From NCBI GenBank assembly GCA_050506795.1, contig JBJHCF010000028.1:1-64000 (forward strand): a stretch of DNA of 64,000 nt. Reading direction: 5' to 3'. The notes beneath the pieces are model-generated. The model was not told the origin of the DNA and searched no databases. It was given only the letters and a program-made list of their open reading frames with translations. The position numbers were made by a program, and so were the translations under genes. This document shows positions 60,386 through 64,000 of this stretch, piece after piece. Position 1 is the first letter of the stretch, and each line of letters opens with the position of its first letter. Origin of the DNA: Opitutia bacterium (GTDB lineage Bacteria > Verrucomicrobiota > Verrucomicrobiia > Opitutales > T3Sed10-336).

Positions 60386-61375
60386 ATGGCCCTGCACGAG
60401 CTTTCATCATTCGAGGACCTCAAGATGTTCAAACGCGACGCCGAACTCCTGCGATGGGTTCCGGAGGATCCTTTCGATAACAGGCCGGACTGCCACATTC
60501 TCGCGGGAGAGGACAATGCCGGGATTGATGCCTGCTGTTCCGTCTGGTGGAGGGAAACTCCCGTTTACGACGGTCTGCCCGCGGGAACAGTCGGCCATTT
60601 CTTCGCGCGCACTCAGGATTCCGCCCTTCAGGTACTTGACGCTGCGATTTCGAGATTGCGTAACGCCGGGGCAAAGGTCGCGATCGGCCCGCTGGACGGC
60701 AACACCTGGCGTCGCTATCGTTTCGTTACCGAGCGCGGCAACGAACCCCTGTTTTTCCTGGAACCCGACAACCCGCCCGAATGGCCGTTTTGGTTTACGT
60801 CCGCCGGGTTCTCCCCTCTCGCCAACTACACATCGAGCCTGATGGATCGTCCACCCGCGCCCGACGAACGATTGACGCGAACCCAAAAGCGAATGGAGAC
60901 CGAGGGTATCCGTATTCGCAATCTGGACCCATCGGATTTCAAGGAAGAGCTGAAGCGTATCTATGCGGTCTCCGAAGTCAGTTTTCGCGAAAATTTCCTG
61001 TATTCTCCGATCTCGGAAGAACACTTTCTCGCCCAGTACCAAAAAATCCAGCCGCTGGTTCTTCCCGAACTCGTCCTGATCGCTGAAGACCAGGACCGGC
61101 CGGTCGGATTCGCATTCGCAATCCCCGATCTCCTGGAAAAACAGTCCGGCCGGCCGGAACAGACCGCCATTTTAAAAACGCTCGCCGTGCTTCCCGGAAG
61201 GCAGTGCGCCGGGCTGGGGACGCTTCTCGCCGGCCTGGTGCGGGAAAAAGCGGCCGCGCTCGGCTTCCCGCGAATGATCCATGCCCTGATGCACGAAACC
61301 AATACCTCCCGCAACCTCGCGAAAGATTCCCCGAAAGTGATTCGTGAGTACACGCTCTACGCAAAAAGCCTGTGA
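60386..61375 (+). CDS. GNAT-family N-acyltransferase (two-lobed)
   Basis: VGHF; IGPLDGNTWRRYR; PVGFAFAIPD; ILKTLAVLPGRQCAGLG acetyl-CoA motif; GAGGA upstream of ATG 60386 (alternative start 60350). Confidence 0.82.
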   Translation: MALHELSSFEDLKMFKRDAELLRWVPEDPFDNRPDCHILAGEDNAGIDACCSVWWRETPVYDGLPAGTVGHFFARTQDSALQVLDAAISRLRNAGAKVAIGPLDGNTWRRYRFVTERGNEPLFFLEPDNPPEWPFWFTSAGFSPLANYTSSLMDRPPAPDERLTRTQKRMETEGIRIRNLDPSDFKEELKRIYAVSEVSFRENFLYSPISEEHFLAQYQKIQPLVLPELVLIAEDQDRPVGFAFAIPDLLEKQSGRPEQTAILKTLAVLPGRQCAGLGTLLAGLVREKAAALGFPRMIHALMHETNTSRNLAKDSPKVIREYTLYAKSL

Positions 61376-62940
61376 ACCTCACGACCCTCCTCGAACAATG
61401 GGCGGAGAACGATTCGGATCGCCCCGCTATCATCGACCCCTCCGGCGGCAAAGACAGGCGCCTGACCTACGGGCAATTGTCCGAACAAAGCGCCCGGGCC
61501 GCGAGTCTCTTTGAAGAATCGGGCCTGCGCCGCGGCGACCGGGTTCTTGTGTTTCAACCCATGTCGGCGGAGCTGTATGTTTATCTCCTTGCCATGTGGA
61601 GACGCGGCCTGACCGCCGTCTTCGCCGACCCGGGCGCCGGGCGCGACCACTTGGAACAATCGTGCCAGATCGCCCATCCCGCCGCCCTCCTGGCTACGGG
61701 CCGAGCCCACTTCCTACGCCTGACCGTTCCCGCGCTTCGCCGGATTCCCAGAAAGTTCACCCACGGATTCTCCCTGCTGCCCGCCACCTCGATGAAAACC
61801 GCGGCGGACCACTCTCCCCTGCACGACATTGAAGAGCTCCCGGATGAGCATCCGGCTCTGATCACGTTCACGAGCGGGAGCACCGGACGGCCTAAGGCTG
61901 CCCTTCGAACCCACCGGTTTCTATTGTCACAGCACCGCGTTCTGGAAAGGTCTCTCGATCTGAAACCCGGGGAAATCGATCTGGCCACACTACCGATCTT
62001 CGCCCTGGCAAATCTCGCATCGGGATTGACCACGGTTATCCCGGACTGCGACCTGCGCCGGCCTGGATTCATCGATCCCAAACCCGTTATCTCCCAGATC
62101 GAACGCCTGGCCCCGCACCGAAGCACCGCGTCCCCGGCGTTCTTTCTCCGCCTGGCCGGAGGTTGTCTAAGCAGCGGAATTGAACTTCCCTCATTTCGAA
62201 GAATCTTCACCGGAGGCGCCCCGGTGTTTCCGCGAACCCTGAATGCGATCGAAGCAATGGCGCCGAACGCGCGGGTTGAAGCGCTGTACGGATCCACTGA
62301 AGCCGAACCGATCGCCCACGTTTCGACGAAGGAGATGTCGCCTCAGGACTCAATCGCGATGGCGCAAGGACATGGACTGCTCGCCGGAGCGCCCGTCCGG
62401 GAAATAGAATTGCGTATCGTTCGCGCTGATGAACTCCCGTCCGGCGAAACGGACGAGAACGCCTTTTCCCAACACTGCCAGCCGACAGGGCAACCCGGCG
62501 AGATCCTGGTCACCGGAGATCACGTGTTGAAAGGATACCTGGACGGACACGGCGACCGGGAAACCAAACTCAAAGTCGGCGAAACGGTCTGGCACCGCAC
62601 CGGCGATGCGGGATACCTCGACAAAAACGGCCGCCTCTGGCTCCTCGGGCGTTCGACCGCCCGGATAACCCGCGACGGAAAAACCCTGTACCCATTCGCC
62701 GTCGAATGCGCCGCAATGGCCCATTCCTCGGTGGAACACGCCGCCCTGTCCACGCGGCAGGAAAAAGTTGTCATTGCCCTTCAAATACGCGAAGGAAAAC
62801 CTCTTCCTACCCTCGATGATCTTTTCCTGACCGATACCGGCATCGAAGAAGTTCACCAGGTGCGCCAAATGCCCCTCGACAAACGCCACAACGCGAAGGT
62901 CGATTATCCCGCACTCGAAAGATTATTGGAAAAGGCATAA
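61372..62940 (+). CDS. ANL-superfamily adenylate-forming ligase (acyl-CoA synthetase / OleC-like)
   Basis: LITFTSGSTGRPK; TGGAPV; YGSTEAEP; WHRTGDAG; RHNAKVDY; GTGA overlap. Confidence 0.9.
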   Translation: MNLTTLLEQWAENDSDRPAIIDPSGGKDRRLTYGQLSEQSARAASLFEESGLRRGDRVLVFQPMSAELYVYLLAMWRRGLTAVFADPGAGRDHLEQSCQIAHPAALLATGRAHFLRLTVPALRRIPRKFTHGFSLLPATSMKTAADHSPLHDIEELPDEHPALITFTSGSTGRPKAALRTHRFLLSQHRVLERSLDLKPGEIDLATLPIFALANLASGLTTVIPDCDLRRPGFIDPKPVISQIERLAPHRSTASPAFFLRLAGGCLSSGIELPSFRRIFTGGAPVFPRTLNAIEAMAPNARVEALYGSTEAEPIAHVSTKEMSPQDSIAMAQGHGLLAGAPVREIELRIVRADELPSGETDENAFSQHCQPTGQPGEILVTGDHVLKGYLDGHGDRETKLKVGETVWHRTGDAGYLDKNGRLWLLGRSTARITRDGKTLYPFAVECAAMAHSSVEHAALSTRQEKVVIALQIREGKPLPTLDDLFLTDTGIEEVHQVRQMPLDKRHNAKVDYPALERLLEKA

Positions 62941-63049
62941 CAAGTCCCTGCCCAGCTCACTGATCGTGAAACGGTCCGCTTCAGGCAAGACAATAAAATG
63001 TTTGCGATACGGGATTGACTCCATCACTTGATGACCATAAGGAGTGCTT

Positions 63050-64000
63050 ATGTCTCAAATAAGGCCGTCGCATTCGAGATTGATCCTGAATTTTCTGCAT
63101 GGCCTCTATTTGGGTCTCGTTCTCCCTATGAATAAAAGCATTCGCTATCTTGTACTTTCTCTCCTTTTCATTGTTCCGAGCCTGCAGGCGGACCCGTTTG
63201 ACGTTTTTGCCGCCGGCATTGAAAACGACCTGAACGATCGCTGCGTCGGGTTCGGCTACGCCATCTTTCAAGACGGGAATTTTATGCGAGGTGGAGGCGG
63301 CGGCTTCGCAGTAAAAGGCCTGGTCAGTCAACCTTTCACCGGGCACACGGTGAAGGATTGCCACAGCATGAGCAAGACGATCACGGCCGCGGCTCTTCTT
63401 CTCGCCCTGGAAGAGGGACAGGTCTCGAGAAATGCGGAAATGTGGCTCTATCTTCCCGCCGATCTTCAGGCCGTCATTCCTGAGAACAGCATCATTCGAA
63501 CGGTAACTTTCGACAACCTGCTGAGGCACCGAAGCGGTTTCACTCCCAGCATGAGTTTTTCCTGGACGCAGTTAAGGGACCAGTTGGCGTCGGCCAACGG
63601 TACAGCGACTCCACTATCGACCTACCGGTACTCAAACTGGAACTACGCCGCTTGTCGTGTGATCATCCCTTATGTGCTGAATCTGGAGGGAATGCGATCC
63701 ATGGAGGCGAACGTGGCAAACTTGAGCGACGGCGGAATCGAGTTCCTGGATACTGTAACCTCGACGGTTTATGCGAATTACGTGCAAAACAAGGTCTTTA
63801 ATCCCGCAGGCCTCGGCACCATTCACCCTCGCCCGGTGGATGAGACTTTGCCCGTGTTCGCCAGATATTACGACCATGCGGATCCGACAGTTCTCGCCCA
63901 GATCATGCCGGACCGCCGGTTGACCGTCGGCTCCGGCGGATGGGCACTCTCCGCCCGCCAGTATGGACAATTCATTTCTTCTCTTTTCCGCGGAGACGTC
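63050..64000 (+). CDS. Serine hydrolase (beta-lactamase/PBP-like family), partial, runs off the window
   Basis: Hand translation is open to the edge: SMSK (SxxK), LLRHRSG, YRYSNWNY, GSGGWALSA; SD AAGGAG before ATG 63050; alternative ATG 63128 gives a clean signal peptide. Confidence 0.88.
   Translation, partial: MSQIRPSHSRLILNFLHGLYLGLVLPMNKSIRYLVLSLLFIVPSLQADPFDVFAAGIENDLNDRCVGFGYAIFQDGNFMRGGGGGFAVKGLVSQPFTGHTVKDCHSMSKTITAAALLLALEEGQVSRNAEMWLYLPADLQAVIPENSIIRTVTFDNLLRHRSGFTPSMSFSWTQLRDQLASANGTATPLSTYRYSNWNYAACRVIIPYVLNLEGMRSMEANVANLSDGGIEFLDTVTSTVYANYVQNKVFNPAGLGTIHPRPVDETLPVFARYYDHADPTVLAQIMPDRRLTVGSGGWALSARQYGQFISSLFRGDV

Noticed and set aside
61372..62940. ole hydrocarbon biosynthesis cluster
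   Set aside because: The ligase is OleC-like, but oleA, oleB and oleD are absent.
62981..63970. Minus-strand ORFs 62981-63529 and 63632-63970
   Set aside because: Antisense to the serine hydrolase on the + strand.
1..64000. CRISPR array, rRNA, IS/transposase or prophage genes
   Set aside because: No regularly spaced repeats or recognisable motifs found by eye.

Overview
GC-rich bacterial DNA, most likely Verrucomicrobiota (Opitutales-like). This is inferred from a PEP-CTERM protein, a PVC-type dehydrogenase-domain protein, sulfatases and large acidic secreted proteins. Left to right: (1) a minus-strand block of an ECF sigma factor, a LamG protein, a ~1616-aa secreted multidomain protein split by a G8 frameshift, and a signal-peptide RHS protein; (2) a GH5, a ThuA/dehydrogenase/cupredoxin fusion and a Vgb-like propeller; (3) three tandem ~1620-aa paralogous surface proteins next to tRNA-Thr(CGT); (4) a TIM-barrel isomerase, an SGNH hydrolase, a PEP-CTERM protein and a CotH-domain protein; (5) a Gfo/Idh/MocA enzyme, two sulfatases, a GH32 and two gene remnants; (6) a tightly coupled 7-gene operon (class I HMG-CoA reductase, UbiA prenyltransferase, RPH-type dikinase, BtaA-like DUF3419, phytol/dolichol-kinase-like membrane protein, GNAT, adenylate-forming ligase); (7) a partial serine hydrolase missing from the ORF track. 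The operon in (6) is the best candidate for an undescribed system, probably an orphan prenyl/amino-lipid pathway. The RHS plus partner module and a C-terminal domain shared by four secreted proteins come next. All family calls are from motif recognition by eye; no database searches were run.
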